NCBI GenBank assembly: GCA_963692865.2
Contig: OY843592.1
Coordinates: forward strand, 3,008,001-3,072,000
Length of the DNA stretch: 64,000 nt
Direction: 5' to 3'
Origin: a bacterium
Lineage (GTDB): Bacteria > UBA8248
Shown: positions 24,869-37,041 of the stretch, in pieces
How the letters are laid out: each line of letters opens with the position of its first letter
Numbering within the stretch: position 1 is the first letter of the stretch
Made by a program: the position numbers and the translations under genes
Notes under the pieces: model-generated
The model's input: the letters and a program-made list of their open reading frames with translations, nothing else
Told to the model about the DNA's origin: nothing
The model's database searches: none

Positions 24869-26293
24869 CTAGAACGGCGAATCTTCTTCCTCGGGATAGC
24901 CCGGTTCCGCGTATTGCGAGCCTACGGCGGCGCCCTCGTGGTACGTATCGAGGTTAACGAACCGCGCATAGTCCGGGAAAAACTTGAGCTCCAGCTCGCC
25001 GGTCGGCCCGTTGCGTTGCTTGGCGAGAATGACGGTGGCGAGTCCTTTGTTCTCGGCCTTCGGTTCGTAATACTCTTCGCGATACAGCAAGGCCACGACA
25101 TCCGCGTCCTGTTCTATCGAGCCCGACTCGCGCAAATCGGCGAGGTTGGGGCGCTTGCCCTCCCTCGATTCCACCGCCCTCGACAACTGACTCAAGGCCA
25201 CGACGGGCACGCCTAGTTCCTTCGCCAGGCTTTTCAAGCCACGGGATATCTCGCTGATCTCGCGCTGGCGGTTCTCCATGGAGCGGCCCCTGTGATGCAC
25301 GAGTTGGAGATAATCGACCACCACGAGCCCAAGGCCCTGATCCGCCTGAATGCGGCGGCATTTCGCCCGGATGTCGAACACGGACAAATCCGTCGCGTCG
25401 TCCACGTAGATGGAAGCCTCCGAGAGTTCGCCCGCGCTGCGAATCAAATCCGGCCACTTCTGGGACGGCATGTAGCCGCTTTGGAGCTGCCTGGAATTCA
25501 CCATGGCGCGGCCGCACATCATCCGAATCGCCAATGCGCGCGCGCTCATCTCGAGGCTGAATATCGCCGTGGCGGTCTTCGACGCCAACGCGGCGTATTC
25601 GGCGATGCAAAGCGCGAACGCCGTCTTTCCCATGCTGGGGCGACCGGCAACGATGACCAGTTCCCCGGGCTGCAGGCCGCTCGTCAGCTTGTCCAGGTCC
25701 GTGAACCCCGTGGGCACGCCGGTGACGAGTTCCTTGCGGTCGTAGAGGTCCTCCAGGTAGGGGAACGTGTGCTTGATGATGTCGCGCATCCCCTCGACGC
25801 TTTGCTGGTAACGGCCGGACGAGACCTCCAGCATCGCGCGCTCGGCGTCGTCCACGAGCGTATCGATATCCTCCTCGCCCGTGAAGGCTCTCTGCGCGAT
25901 GGCGTTCGAGGTATGTATGAGTTCTCTGAGCAACGCCGTGCTTCTGACGAGTTTCGCATAGGTTTCCGCGCGCCTGGCGCTGGAAACATCGTCCGCCAGA
26001 CGCGCGACATATTCGGGCCCGCCCGCGGTGTCGAGCGTTCCCGCCTTTTTCAGGGCGTCGGCCAGGGTGAGCAGGTCGATGGGTTCGGATTTCTCGAAAA
26101 GGCCGAGCATGCCTTCGTAAATCACGCGGTGGCTCATGCGGTAGAAATGCTCCGGCCGCAACACCTCCATCACGGGCGGCACCATCGAGCCGTCGAGCAG
26201 CAAGGCACCCAGAACGCGCTGTTCGGCTTCTATGTTCTGCGGGGGAAGATGGCCCGGCTGCCCGGAACGCTCATCGCGAGCGGTCGTTTCCAC
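24869..26293 (-). CDS. dnaB: Replicative DNA helicase
   Basis: PPQNIEAEQ, GRPSMGKT, LSQLSR, DLRESGSIEQDAD; no intein. Confidence 0.97.
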   Translation of the reverse strand: METTARDERSGQPGHLPPQNIEAEQRVLGALLLDGSMVPPVMEVLRPEHFYRMSHRVIYEGMLGLFEKSEPIDLLTLADALKKAGTLDTAGGPEYVARLADDVSSARRAETYAKLVRSTALLRELIHTSNAIAQRAFTGEEDIDTLVDDAERAMLEVSSGRYQQSVEGMRDIIKHTFPYLEDLYDRKELVTGVPTGFTDLDKLTSGLQPGELVIVAGRPSMGKTAFALCIAEYAALASKTATAIFSLEMSARALAIRMMCGRAMVNSRQLQSGYMPSQKWPDLIRSAGELSEASIYVDDATDLSVFDIRAKCRRIQADQGLGLVVVDYLQLVHHRGRSMENRQREISEISRGLKSLAKELGVPVVALSQLSRAVESREGKRPNLADLRESGSIEQDADVVALLYREEYYEPKAENKGLATVILAKQRNGPTGELELKFFPDYARFVNLDTYHEGAAVGSQYAEPGYPEEEDSPF

Positions 26294-26401
26294 TTCAAGA
26301 CTCCAACGGCGATTCCGTGGAAAGAACGGGCGAGGAGTTTAGATTACATCAGATGAAGCCAAGATCAAACTACGGGAAACCGTAAATCCCGGATCAACCG
26401 G

Positions 26402-26434
26402 AGAAAAAGGGCGCCGAAATACAGCGGCCCCTTC
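26402..26434 (-). terminator. Intrinsic terminator after rplI
   Basis: Minus strand AAGGGGCCGCTGTATTTCGGCGCCCTTTTTC: imperfect GC stem followed by a U tract. Confidence 0.5.
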
Positions 26435-26496
26435 TATCTATATGATATCATGCGCGTTGCGACTGTGCGCCAGAAAACGACCAGCTATGGAAAACG

Positions 26497-27129
26497 CTAC
26501 TCGGGCTTCCCTTGCCCGTCTTCCCCGTCCGGGTTCTCTTCCGGCTCATCTTCGACAACGGCCTCGGTCGCCTCCCCTGCCGTTTCCGCTTCGGCTTCGA
26601 CCCCGACTTCATCCGCAGCCTCGGCGGTTTCTTCGGTATCGGCGGCGGCCGCTTCTTCCGCCTCGGCCTGGGCTTCCAGAGACGCCTCATCGGGCATCAC
26701 CTTCACCTGCACCGACGCCCTCACCTCCTGGTGCAGGCGGATGTCGACGTCATAGGTGCCGACCTTCTTGATCGGTTCGTCCAGAACGATCCTCCTGCGG
26801 TTCACCTCCAGGCCCTTCTCCTGTAGGGCGTCCTCGATCATCCGGTTCGTCACCGAGCCGAACAGCCTGCCGTCCGCGCCCACGCGCATCGAGAACTCGA
26901 TCTCGACCCCGGTAAATTCACCCGCGAAATCCTGCGCGCTGCGCTTCGCCGCCTGGATTTGCGCTTCCCGCAGCCGCTGCTCGTGCTGCGTCGCGCGCAC
27001 CGTGCTCGCCGTGGCGTGAAGCGCCAGACCTTTCGGAATGAGATAGTTGAGCCCGTAGCCGTCGGCTACTTCGACGACGTCGCCCACCTCTCCGAGATGC
27101 TCTATGTCCTTACGCAATATCAAGCGCAT
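26497..27129 (-). CDS. rplI: 50S ribosomal protein L9 with acidic C-terminal tail
   Basis: LGEVGDVVEVADGYGLNYLIPKG, GRLFGSVT. Confidence 0.96.
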   Translation of the reverse strand: MRLILRKDIEHLGEVGDVVEVADGYGLNYLIPKGLALHATASTVRATQHEQRLREAQIQAAKRSAQDFAGEFTGVEIEFSMRVGADGRLFGSVTNRMIEDALQEKGLEVNRRRIVLDEPIKKVGTYDVDIRLHQEVRASVQVKVMPDEASLEAQAEAEEAAAADTEETAEAADEVGVEAEAETAGEATEAVVEDEPEENPDGEDGQGKPE

Positions 27130-27146
27130 CTTTCGATATCTCCGAC

Positions 27147-27416
27147 TTATGAATGGTCTACGGTGTAGGGCATCAACGCCATGTAGCGGGCGCGCTTAAT
27201 GGCCGTCGTCAATTGCCGCTGAAAGCGTGCGGACGTGCCGGTCACGCGGCGGGGAATGATTTTTCCCCGCTCGCTCACCATGTTTCGAAGCGTTTTCACG
27301 TCCTTGTAGTCGATATACGCCACGCCATCCGCAGAGAAGCGGCATATCTTCTTTCGCTGAAAACGCTTTTTTCTCTTCTTTTTCTTATCGCCGAATCCAC
27401 GGGGCACAAGCGCCAT
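27147..27416 (-). CDS. rpsR: 30S ribosomal protein S18
   Basis: [25 protein letters not shown]. Confidence 0.96.
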   Translation of the reverse strand: MALVPRGFGDKKKKRKKRFQRKKICRFSADGVAYIDYKDVKTLRNMVSERGKIIPRRVTGTSARFQRQLTTAIKRARYMALMPYTVDHS

Positions 27417-27451
27417 CTCTATCTCCTAAAAATGGTCGACAAGTTTCGATA

Positions 27452-27874
27452 TCAAAACGGGATGTCATCGTCCGTCATGGGCGAGTCTTGCGACGGCGGC
27501 GCGTAGGATTCCGCGCTCCTCGACCCGCCGCCTCCTGCCCTCTCGTCCCGGGTGGTGAGGAAATGGACGTTGTTCGCCACAACTTCGTGCTTGCTGCGCC
27601 TCGAACCATCCTGCGCTTCCCATGAACGGAAACTCAAACGCCCTTCCACCACGAGCGGGCTGCCCTTGCTCGTCTGCTCCATTACCCAGTCGCCCTGCCG
27701 TCCATAGACGACCACATCCACGAAGCACGTATCCTCTTTCCACTCCTCTCCGCTGCGATATCGCCGATTGACCGCGAACCCGAACGAAACCACGGAATTC
27801 CCTGAAGGCAGAAACCGTTTTTCGGGATCGCGCGTCATGTTGCCGCGAAGATAAACAGAATTCATCTGAGCCAT
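27452..27874 (-). CDS. ssb: Single-stranded DNA-binding protein
   Basis: OB-fold motifs and DDDIPF C-terminus. Confidence 0.96.
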   Translation of the reverse strand: MAQMNSVYLRGNMTRDPEKRFLPSGNSVVSFGFAVNRRYRSGEEWKEDTCFVDVVVYGRQGDWVMEQTSKGSPLVVEGRLSFRSWEAQDGSRRSKHEVVANNVHFLTTRDERAGGGGSRSAESYAPPSQDSPMTDDDIPF

Positions 27875-27891
27875 AACAATCCCCTCGCCAT

Positions 27892-28302
27892 TTATGAGTC
27901 GTCCGACGAGGCGGGCGCGGGTCGGCGTTGAGAATCGCCATCACCCCCCTCCGAAGCCCCCTCTTGCTCCCTCGCGGCTGCGCTTTTTGCGTTTTTCTCG
28001 ATCTTTCTCAGAAGGGCGTCATCCATCCGCACCGTCATGTAGCGCCATGTCTGCTCATCGATGCGCATATCACGCTCGATGTCCGCCACGACCGGCGGCT
28101 CCGAATGATATGTGATGATGAAATAGATGCCGTGACGCTGGCGGTTGATGGGATATGCGAGGCGCTTCTTGCCCCACCGGTCCACGTTCAGAACTTCCCC
28201 GCCCCCCTCGGTCACCTTTTTCTCGAAACCGGAGATCTTCTCCTCCACGGTCTCATCGGTGAGTTCGGGGGACAGCAAAACCATGGTTTCGTACTGTCTC
28301 AT
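27892..28302 (-). CDS. rpsF: 30S ribosomal protein S6
   Basis: MRQYETM, WGKKRLAYPI. Confidence 0.96.
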   Translation of the reverse strand: MRQYETMVLLSPELTDETVEEKISGFEKKVTEGGGEVLNVDRWGKKRLAYPINRQRHGIYFIITYHSEPPVVADIERDMRIDEQTWRYMTVRMDDALLRKIEKNAKSAAAREQEGASEGGDGDSQRRPAPASSDDS

Positions 28303-28307
28303 CTAGT

Positions 28308-28358
28308 CCTCCTCCCGGACTGAGCGGCCCCGGCCCGTGTCGACCGGAGCGAGGAGCC
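28308..28358 (-). ncRNA. S6:S18-binding leader (rpsF autoregulatory RNA)
   Basis: Minus strand GGCTCCTCGCTCCGG-TCGACACGGG-CCGGGGC-CGCTCAGTCC-GGGAGGAGG. The outer stem pairs with the SD and the inner hairpin is followed by CCG, matching the known S6:S18 motif. Extended -10 TGcTAACCT at 28371-28379. Confidence 0.7.
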
Positions 28359-28455
28359 AATAAGAGCCGAAGGTTAGCACACATGCCCCCGGCGGGCCAT
28401 AGCGGATCAAAAAAGCGCCGCGAAAATGATACGCTGGTTCAAATTCCCGCTTTCA

Positions 28456-30453
<1,998 letters not shown>

Positions 30454-30535
30454 TATCTTCCTTTCCTCCTCCTCACGGGCTGTTTAGCGAGAGGTATTAA
30501 GATGGACTTTCAATTTTGCGATGAACAAGACGGAT

Positions 30536-31078
30536 TCAGGAGCTGGCGCCAACAACAAAATCAAACGCCCGCCTCACCGCCTCATCAACAGCAGGCTCCA
30601 CTGCTTCCAATTCATGATCCAGAAAAGAATCCAACAACCAATCCGCGCCGTTCACTCCAACCGGTGGTCTGCCCACCCCGATGCGCAGACGGGAAAACAC
30701 GTCCGTGCCCAATGAGTGGATAATGCTGCCGATGCCATGATGGCCCGCGTCTCCACCCGATTTCTTGTACTTCACACGACCGAGTTCGATATCCATATCG
30801 TCGTGCATCACGAGCAAGTCTTCCGGCCCCAATCCTTCTCCGAGCATGAGGGACCTCACGGCCTTGCCGCTTAGATTCATGAACGTCTGGGGCTTCGCGA
30901 GTATGAATTTCCAGCCCCTAAGCGATCCGCGCCCCAAAGCGGAATGATGTTTCGAATCATTCATCGAAACGCGATGGGCGCGGGCCATCCTGTCCACCGC
31001 CCAAAAGCCCAGATTGTGCCTCGTCAACGCATACTCTACCCCGGGATTGCCAAGACCGACGATCAAAACAGCAGCCAT
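30536..31078 (-). CDS. pth: Peptidyl-tRNA hydrolase
   Basis: VGLGNPG, TRHNLG, KPQTFMNLSG, RLRIGVGRP. Start at 31078 or 31114. Confidence 0.95.
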   Translation of the reverse strand: MAAVLIVGLGNPGVEYALTRHNLGFWAVDRMARAHRVSMNDSKHHSALGRGSLRGWKFILAKPQTFMNLSGKAVRSLMLGEGLGPEDLLVMHDDMDIELGRVKYKKSGGDAGHHGIGSIIHSLGTDVFSRLRIGVGRPPVGVNGADWLLDSFLDHELEAVEPAVDEAVRRAFDFVVGASS

Positions 31079-31120
31079 CCGAACCCCAGTTTCATTTTCC
31101 CCGGCTCCCTGCAAGAACTA

Positions 31121-31810
31121 TCAGCCGGAAGAATCAGCAGGCTTATCCCCTTCATCGTCAGAATCCTCGGCCTCCGGCGCATCTTCTCCTTCGGCTTCGA
31201 CGTCAAGCAATTCATCCTCATCCACTTCTTCTTCCTCTTCCACAGGAACGATTACCGTCAGGACGGGATCATCGGGGTCGGCCACAAGCTCAACGCCTTC
31301 GGGAATTTGCAGATCGCGCACGTGGAGAACGTCGCCAATTTCCACCTCCGAAATATCGACCTCGATTTGTTCCGGGATGGCGTTCGGCAGACAGGATATC
31401 TCCAGTTCACGCAGCAGTTGAGAAAGCGTTCCGCCCATTTTCTCTCCGGGCGCCTCGCCCGACAAGGAGAGCGGCACGGCGATTTCGATTGTTTCGTCCA
31501 TCCGGATTTCCAGAAAATCGGCGTGAAGGATGTCCCCTCTCATCGGGTCGCGCTGAAGCTCCTTTACGATCACCGGACGCTCCGAGGCGGCTTCACCCTC
31601 CACGTTGAGCTGGAATACGACGTTTGCGCCGGCCCTCGTACCGAGCAAGGCCTCCAACTCCTTGGGCTTGATGGTCAAGGGTGTCGAATCCTGAATTCCG
31701 TATACGACGCCTGGAATGTTACCGGCTCTTCTCACCGCACGGGCGCCGCTCTTGCCCGTTTGCGCTCTTTTATCCACAGAAAGAGACAGGTTTTCCATTT
31801 TTCGCTCCAA
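31121..31810 (-). CDS. rplY: 50S ribosomal protein L25 (CTC type)
   Basis: RRAGNIPGVVYG, HADF, C-terminal CTC domain; prs-rplY-pth order. Confidence 0.94.
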   Translation of the reverse strand: MERKMENLSLSVDKRAQTGKSGARAVRRAGNIPGVVYGIQDSTPLTIKPKELEALLGTRAGANVVFQLNVEGEAASERPVIVKELQRDPMRGDILHADFLEIRMDETIEIAVPLSLSGEAPGEKMGGTLSQLLRELEISCLPNAIPEQIEVDISEVEIGDVLHVRDLQIPEGVELVADPDDPVLTVIVPVEEEEEVDEDELLDVEAEGEDAPEAEDSDDEGDKPADSSG

Positions 31811-31834
31811 ATATGCCGACGACGACCAGAATGG

Positions 31835-32779
31835 TTATTCGAACAGGCTGCTCACGGAGGCGTTCTCGTGAATCCGTCGAATCGCCTCGGCCAAAAGCCT
31901 CCCCACCTCCAGCACCTTGATGCGAGAGCAGCCTTTCGCCTTATCCGAAAGCGGTATCGAATCGCTCACGACGAACTCGACGATGCTCGATTTCTCGATT
32001 CTCTCCACCGCCGGACCCGACAAAACCGCGTGCGTGCAGCATGCGTATACCTGCCGCGCGCCGGCCGCCATGAGCGCATCCGCACCCTGGCTCATGGTGC
32101 CCGCCGTGTCGCAAAGATCGTCCACGACAAGGACATCGCATCCTTTCACGTCGCCGATGATGTTCATCACTTCGGAGTGGTTCGCCCGCTCGCGGCGCTT
32201 GTCGATGATGCCCAGGCCCGCGTTCAGCCTTCGCGCATAATCCCGGGCCCTCTCCACGCCCCCGGCGTCGGGCGAGACAACCACGAGATCCTTCAACTCC
32301 TTCTTCTTGAAATACTCAATCATGATGGGCGCCGAATAGAGATGGTCCACAGGAATATCGAAAAACCCCTGTATCTGGCCCGCATGCAAATCCATAGCGA
32401 TGACCCTGTCCGCACCCGAGGCGGCCAGCAGGTTCGCCACGAGCTTCGCGGTAATCGGCACCCGGGGCTGCACCTTCCGGTCCTGGCGGGCGTATGCGAA
32501 ATAAGGAATCACCGCCGTGATGCGTTCGGCGGACGAGCGCCGGAACGCATCGAGCATGATTAGCATTTCCATCAGGTTCGCGTTCCCGGGGGTGCACAGA
32601 CTCTGCACGGCGAACACGTCCGCGCCCCGGATGTTCTCGTTTATTCGGACAAATGTTTCTCCATCGCTGAAATCGATGATTTCCACCGAGCCGGGCCGGA
32701 TGTACAAAGACTCAAAAATACTCTGGTTCAGCGCCGGATTCGAGCGCCCGCCGAAAACCTTTAGCTGATGTCCGTTCAC
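31835..32779 (-). CDS. prs: Ribose-phosphate pyrophosphokinase
   Basis: FSDGE, YARQDRK, DLHAGQIQGFF, SPDAGG, DDLCDTAGT. Confidence 0.97.
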   Translation of the reverse strand: MNGHQLKVFGGRSNPALNQSIFESLYIRPGSVEIIDFSDGETFVRINENIRGADVFAVQSLCTPGNANLMEMLIMLDAFRRSSAERITAVIPYFAYARQDRKVQPRVPITAKLVANLLAASGADRVIAMDLHAGQIQGFFDIPVDHLYSAPIMIEYFKKKELKDLVVVSPDAGGVERARDYARRLNAGLGIIDKRRERANHSEVMNIIGDVKGCDVLVVDDLCDTAGTMSQGADALMAAGARQVYACCTHAVLSGPAVERIEKSSIVEFVVSDSIPLSDKAKGCSRIKVLEVGRLLAEAIRRIHENASVSSLFE

Positions 32780-32922
32780 CGTTCCTGCTCACAAGTATTG
32801 TTCATTCAATCACAAGGGGCGATTTTTGATACTTGATTTTCAAGGCGGAGGCAAGTGGTGAGAGGCGAAATTCTCTCCATTTCCCATTTTTTCAGAAATT
32901 TTATCTCGTTTTTCGATTTTTT

Positions 32923-33822
32923 TTACTGGAAGCACATCTCCCGGAGCGGTTTCGTGAGAAAATATTCGCATTCCTTTCCCTTTTCGCTCTCCTTGATGCG
33001 GATAGCCGCCCGCTCGGCTTCCCCTTTTCGGCGAAAAAAACCGAAAACCGTCGAGCCGCTGCCGCTCATCATGGCCCTCACGGCGCCATGCCGAACGAGT
33101 TCTCCGCACAGACCCGCAAGCTCCGGATATCTCGGAAAAACGATTTTCTCCAAATCATTGCCGTATTCATACCGCCCGAGGCGCGCCGGGCCGTTTCTCT
33201 CCTCAAAATTCTCTTCAAAATTTCGTCCCTCCCGGCCCAGTTCTTCACGGGACCGGCCATAAACGTCCTGCGTGGACAAGGCTACGGGCGGCTTGACCAG
33301 CAGGAACCAGCCGCTCCTCAAGGCCTCTTTCGCCTCGACCCGCTCACCCCGCCCCCGGCACACCGCCGCCGGCCCATGGAGGAAGAACGGGACATCCGAA
33401 CCGACCCGCGCGGCCACCTCGCAAAGCTCCCTTCTGCGCATTCCGAGGCTCCAGGCCCGGTTCAGCGCCCAGAGCGCTCCCGCCGCGTTGCCGCTCCCCC
33501 CACCGAGGCCTGCGCCCGCGGGGATGTTTTTTTTCAAATAGATGCGCGCGCCGAGCGCTTTGCGCCCTGACGCCTCGCGCAAGGCGCTCGCCGCGCGATA
33601 TACGATGTTCTCTCTGCCGCCGGGAACGTCATTCCGATTCGCATACACGAGAATCCTCTCGCCGCCCGGCTCGACCCGAACCTCGTCATACAGCGATATC
33701 TGCTGCATCCAGGTGATGAGTTCGTGATAACCGTCGGCGCGCAGACCCAGAATCCTCAGGCATAGATTGATTTTCGCCGGTGTCTTCAAAATCAGGTGCC
33801 GGGAAGCGTCTTTGGCGCTCAT
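32923..33822 (-). CDS. ispE: 4-diphosphocytidyl-2-C-methyl-D-erythritol kinase
   Basis: PAKINL, KNIPAGAGLGGGSGNAA, GSDVPFF, MSGSGSTVF. Start reassigned to ATG at 33822. Confidence 0.95.
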   Translation of the reverse strand: MSAKDASRHLILKTPAKINLCLRILGLRADGYHELITWMQQISLYDEVRVEPGGERILVYANRNDVPGGRENIVYRAASALREASGRKALGARIYLKKNIPAGAGLGGGSGNAAGALWALNRAWSLGMRRRELCEVAARVGSDVPFFLHGPAAVCRGRGERVEAKEALRSGWFLLVKPPVALSTQDVYGRSREELGREGRNFEENFEERNGPARLGRYEYGNDLEKIVFPRYPELAGLCGELVRHGAVRAMMSGSGSTVFGFFRRKGEAERAAIRIKESEKGKECEYFLTKPLREMCFQ

Positions 33823-33829
33823 GAAGCGG

Positions 33830-34669
33830 CTATCCTCCCAGCCACAGCGTCCTCGCGCCCCGGGGCGGGTCGAGGCGGAACAACTCGTCGGGAAGCGCTT
33901 CGTCCACCGCGCCCTCATCGGCGGGATAGGAGATGCGGAGACGATTCTTCCCGCCGGCTCCCAGGATCTCCACCTGCGAGGGCCGCCATGTTTCTCCCGT
34001 TTTGACGAACTCGCCGTAGCGAACCAGTACCGCCCCCCGCCCCGTGCGAATTTCCATTTTCACGGGATGGAAATCCCGAGGCTCCAGTTCGACATAACCC
34101 GAAACCACCCCCTCGGGGCCCCTCCTCGTTTCGAGCGCATAGACAGCGCCCGGCTCTTTCAGTTCGAGATTTTCCTCGCCCCCCAGCGCAACCGCCCAGT
34201 CTCCCAGCAGCAGCTTGATGAAAATTTCGCCATCCAGCGGGATCCCCAAAATCCGCTCGATTCCCCGCCTGTTCGTCCTGCCCATGTAAACGGCGTTGCG
34301 CGAGGAGGAATAGGCGCGAAGCAGGCCGCCCTGGGCGGCCACGACCACCAGGGGCGTGCCGAATGGCGAGAGAGGCTCTATCCGCAGCGAGTCGGGCTCC
34401 TGCAGCACGAGCGCCGCTTGGCCGGAAAACGAACCCTCGGGGATCAGGTGGGGAGCGGGTCCCGCTTCCGCCCGGGCGCTGTGAAAGCGCAACTGCATGA
34501 ATACCGCGCCCCGGTACGCGCGGGGATACCGCCTCGCCTTGAGTTTGGCGATGATTTCCGCCCTGGAGGCATCGAGCGGCGGGGCCGGCCCGATCGGCCC
34601 GATTCGAAGGAGCGCGCAACCGGCCAGGGCGCAGCAAGACACCGCCAGACAAAGACGCAAGGTACGCAA
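33830..34669 (-). CDS. Lipoprotein, LolB-like/DUF4292-like
   Basis: Lipobox LAGC; LRIEPLSPFG motif; occupies the lolB position between the TPR gene and ispE. Confidence 0.6.
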   Translation of the reverse strand: MRTLRLCLAVSCCALAGCALLRIGPIGPAPPLDASRAEIIAKLKARRYPRAYRGAVFMQLRFHSARAEAGPAPHLIPEGSFSGQAALVLQEPDSLRIEPLSPFGTPLVVVAAQGGLLRAYSSSRNAVYMGRTNRRGIERILGIPLDGEIFIKLLLGDWAVALGGEENLELKEPGAVYALETRRGPEGVVSGYVELEPRDFHPVKMEIRTGRGAVLVRYGEFVKTGETWRPSQVEILGAGGKNRLRISYPADEGAVDEALPDELFRLDPPRGARTLWLGG

Positions 34670-34754
34670 GAATCAAGCATCCCCGGTGAGAGAAGTCGAA
34701 AAAATCCCGGCGAGAACCAACGGGCGCGGCCAAATGCTCCAAGAATCCGATACC

Positions 34755-36494
34755 CTACATGAGGGGCTTTCCCCCTTTCGGGAGGTGCGTTTGAATCTTC
34801 AGTTTCAGTTTTTCGTTTTTCGGATCCGCCTCGGAGGCGCGCTTCCAATGCAGAAGCGCCTTTTCCACATCATGCATGGCGAGATATATGTCGCCCAGGT
34901 GTTCGAGAATGACGGCGTCTTTGGGCATCTTCGTCGCCGCGTGCCGCACCTTCACGAGCGCTTCCCGAAAGCGGCCCTGGCGGTAATAAACCCACCCGAT
35001 GCTGTCGAGGAAAGCGGCGTTTTCCGGCTCAATCGCCAAGGCGCGGTCCAGGAGTTTTTCCGCCTCATTGAGGTTCTTGTCGAGTTCGGAGAACATATAG
35101 CCCAGCAAGTTCAGGGCGTTGGCGTGTTTGGGATTTTTCTGAATGATCTTCCGCGCCGACCGCTCCACGTCGTCCCAGCGTTTGAGTTCATAAAACGCCG
35201 AAGCGAGAGAATACCAATAACCCTCCCGGTCGGGGCTTGAGCTGACCGCCCGTTGAAGATAAGGCAACGCTTCGGCGAATTTCTTTTGCCGAGAGAGCGC
35301 CAAGCCGCGCGTATAATGCACCCGACCCTCATCGGGATGGCGCTTCTCGGCCTTATCCAAAACCTCCGCCGCCTTCTTCCACTTTTTCTGGTCGACGTAC
35401 AGCCAGGCGAGCTGGATGTGCCCGTCCAGCGACCTGGGCGAGAGCGACAACAATTCGAGGAGTTCCTCCTCGGCGCGCTCGTATTGCTTGAGTTCTTCGT
35501 AAATCCTCGCCACGTACTTGCGGACCATCTCGTCTTTCGGGTTTCTCGCCAGGACGAACCGAAACTCCCGAAGCGCGTCCTGGTACTCTCTCTGATCGAA
35601 ATTCAAAAAACCGAGGGTTCGGTGCACGCTCACGTTGTCGGGCTCCTCCGAACCGAGCGCTTTGAATTCCTCCAGAGCCTGCTTCATATTCTTCTTTCGG
35701 ATATAGAGTTGCCCCAGGCGAGAGCGAATGAGACGGTTGCCGGGTTCGACTTTTTGCGCCTTCTTGTAGGTCGCTTCCGCATCCTCGAATTTCTCCTGCG
35801 CCTCGTAAATTCTGGCCAGCAGGAGCATTCCCCGCGTGAATTTCGGTTCTCTTTCGAGGAGACGGAAAATTTCCTTCTCCGCCTCGTCGTATCTTTTCAG
35901 GCCCGCATAGGCCTGCGCCAGATGATACCTGCCGAGCAGGGGCCTTCTCCCCGACTCGACGAGGCTCTCCAGCGTCTCGGCGGCTTCGGCGTACTTGCGC
36001 AAATCGAGGTAGACGCTGCCCAGGAGCAGGCGCGTTTCCTGGTGCCCGGGACTCAGCTTCAGCAACGCGACGTAAGTGGCGGCGGCTTTCTCCAGCTTCG
36101 TCCGCGAAGCGTATATGCCCCCCAGGACGAAGTGGGCCTCGAGGTTCCTCGCGTCTTGCTTCGTCGCCTGGAGGGCGAATTTTTCGGCCTCGGCCAGTTT
36201 CCCCCGGCGGACGAGAAGCGACGCCAGGCGGGTCGACAAGAACGAGGAGTCCGGGTTGTTCTCGACCGCCTGCAAATAGGACGACTCCGCTTCCGCGAGG
36301 TTTCCGGCCAACTCTTCCCGGTATCCGGCGATGAAATGGAAATAGGACTTTGACGCTTCCTTTATCTTCTCGGAAAGCGGACTGAGCTTGGCCACGGGCG
36401 CAGGCGGGGCGGGCTTCACCTCGGGTTCGAGCGGTACGCATCCCGCCAGGATCAGGACAAGGGGCAATATCGACTTGACGTAGAATTTCATCAT
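34755..36494 (-). CDS. TPR-repeat lipoprotein
   Basis: LILAGC lipobox, many TPRs, ALNLLGY...LDSIGWVYY...HLGD C-terminus typical of the TPR gene upstream of lolB-ispE. Confidence 0.85.
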   Translation of the reverse strand: MMKFYVKSILPLVLILAGCVPLEPEVKPAPPAPVAKLSPLSEKIKEASKSYFHFIAGYREELAGNLAEAESSYLQAVENNPDSSFLSTRLASLLVRRGKLAEAEKFALQATKQDARNLEAHFVLGGIYASRTKLEKAAATYVALLKLSPGHQETRLLLGSVYLDLRKYAEAAETLESLVESGRRPLLGRYHLAQAYAGLKRYDEAEKEIFRLLEREPKFTRGMLLLARIYEAQEKFEDAEATYKKAQKVEPGNRLIRSRLGQLYIRKKNMKQALEEFKALGSEEPDNVSVHRTLGFLNFDQREYQDALREFRFVLARNPKDEMVRKYVARIYEELKQYERAEEELLELLSLSPRSLDGHIQLAWLYVDQKKWKKAAEVLDKAEKRHPDEGRVHYTRGLALSRQKKFAEALPYLQRAVSSSPDREGYWYSLASAFYELKRWDDVERSARKIIQKNPKHANALNLLGYMFSELDKNLNEAEKLLDRALAIEPENAAFLDSIGWVYYRQGRFREALVKVRHAATKMPKDAVILEHLGDIYLAMHDVEKALLHWKRASEADPKNEKLKLKIQTHLPKGGKPLM

Positions 36495-36534
36495 CGAATG
36501 CGGCCTCTCCAGCAGTTGTTCACGCCGGATACTA

Positions 36535-37041
36535 TCACAATCGGGAATCTCCGCGCGCGCGAATGTGGTGAATCAGTTTCTTCGCGGCGCGGCGTAACTG
36601 CTCGTCCCCCACCTCGGCGATGGCGTCCTCTATGGCGGCGCCATCACCGGAGGAAATCGGCGCCGCCTTCCGCGAAGGCACAGCCGGCTCGGCCTCTTCG
36701 CCATCATCATCGAACATCAGGCCTGCGTTCGAGAGCCGGAAGCGAATCTCGTCGATGCGGGAATCCTCCATATGCTCGTTGATTCTCGCCAGCAGATCCT
36801 GCTTCCTGAACTCGAGTTCGTACAGCCAGCTCGAATCCGCCACTTCCACATAGAGACAATTGTTCTTGAGAGACACCGGACGCGCCGCGCGGGAGATGCC
36901 CTCGCCCACGGCCCTCGGCCAGACGCGGAACACGAAATTCATAGCCAGCCGTCTGCCCCACGGCTCTTTTCGGCGCATTTCCCGCAGGATGGAAGCGAAT
37001 TTCCTGGGTTTCGAAAAAGAAGGCTTACTCACTCGCAACAT
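36535..37041 (-). CDS. dciA: DciA/DUF721 family protein
   Basis: WPRAVGEGISRAARPVSL, VADSSWLYEL, IDEIRF. Confidence 0.75.
   Translation of the reverse strand: MLRVSKPSFSKPRKFASILREMRRKEPWGRRLAMNFVFRVWPRAVGEGISRAARPVSLKNNCLYVEVADSSWLYELEFRKQDLLARINEHMEDSRIDEIRFRLSNAGLMFDDDGEEAEPAVPSRKAAPISSGDGAAIEDAIAEVGDEQLRRAAKKLIHHIRARGDSRL

Noticed and set aside
26497-26690. Acidic low-complexity tail on L9 (similar tails on L25 and S6)
   Set aside because: Common in several bacterial lineages and not novel.
30715-30765. Pth motif DAGHHG instead of GGHNG
   Set aside because: Variation at this position occurs among Pth homologs and the other catalytic motifs are intact, so it is not evidence of inactivation.
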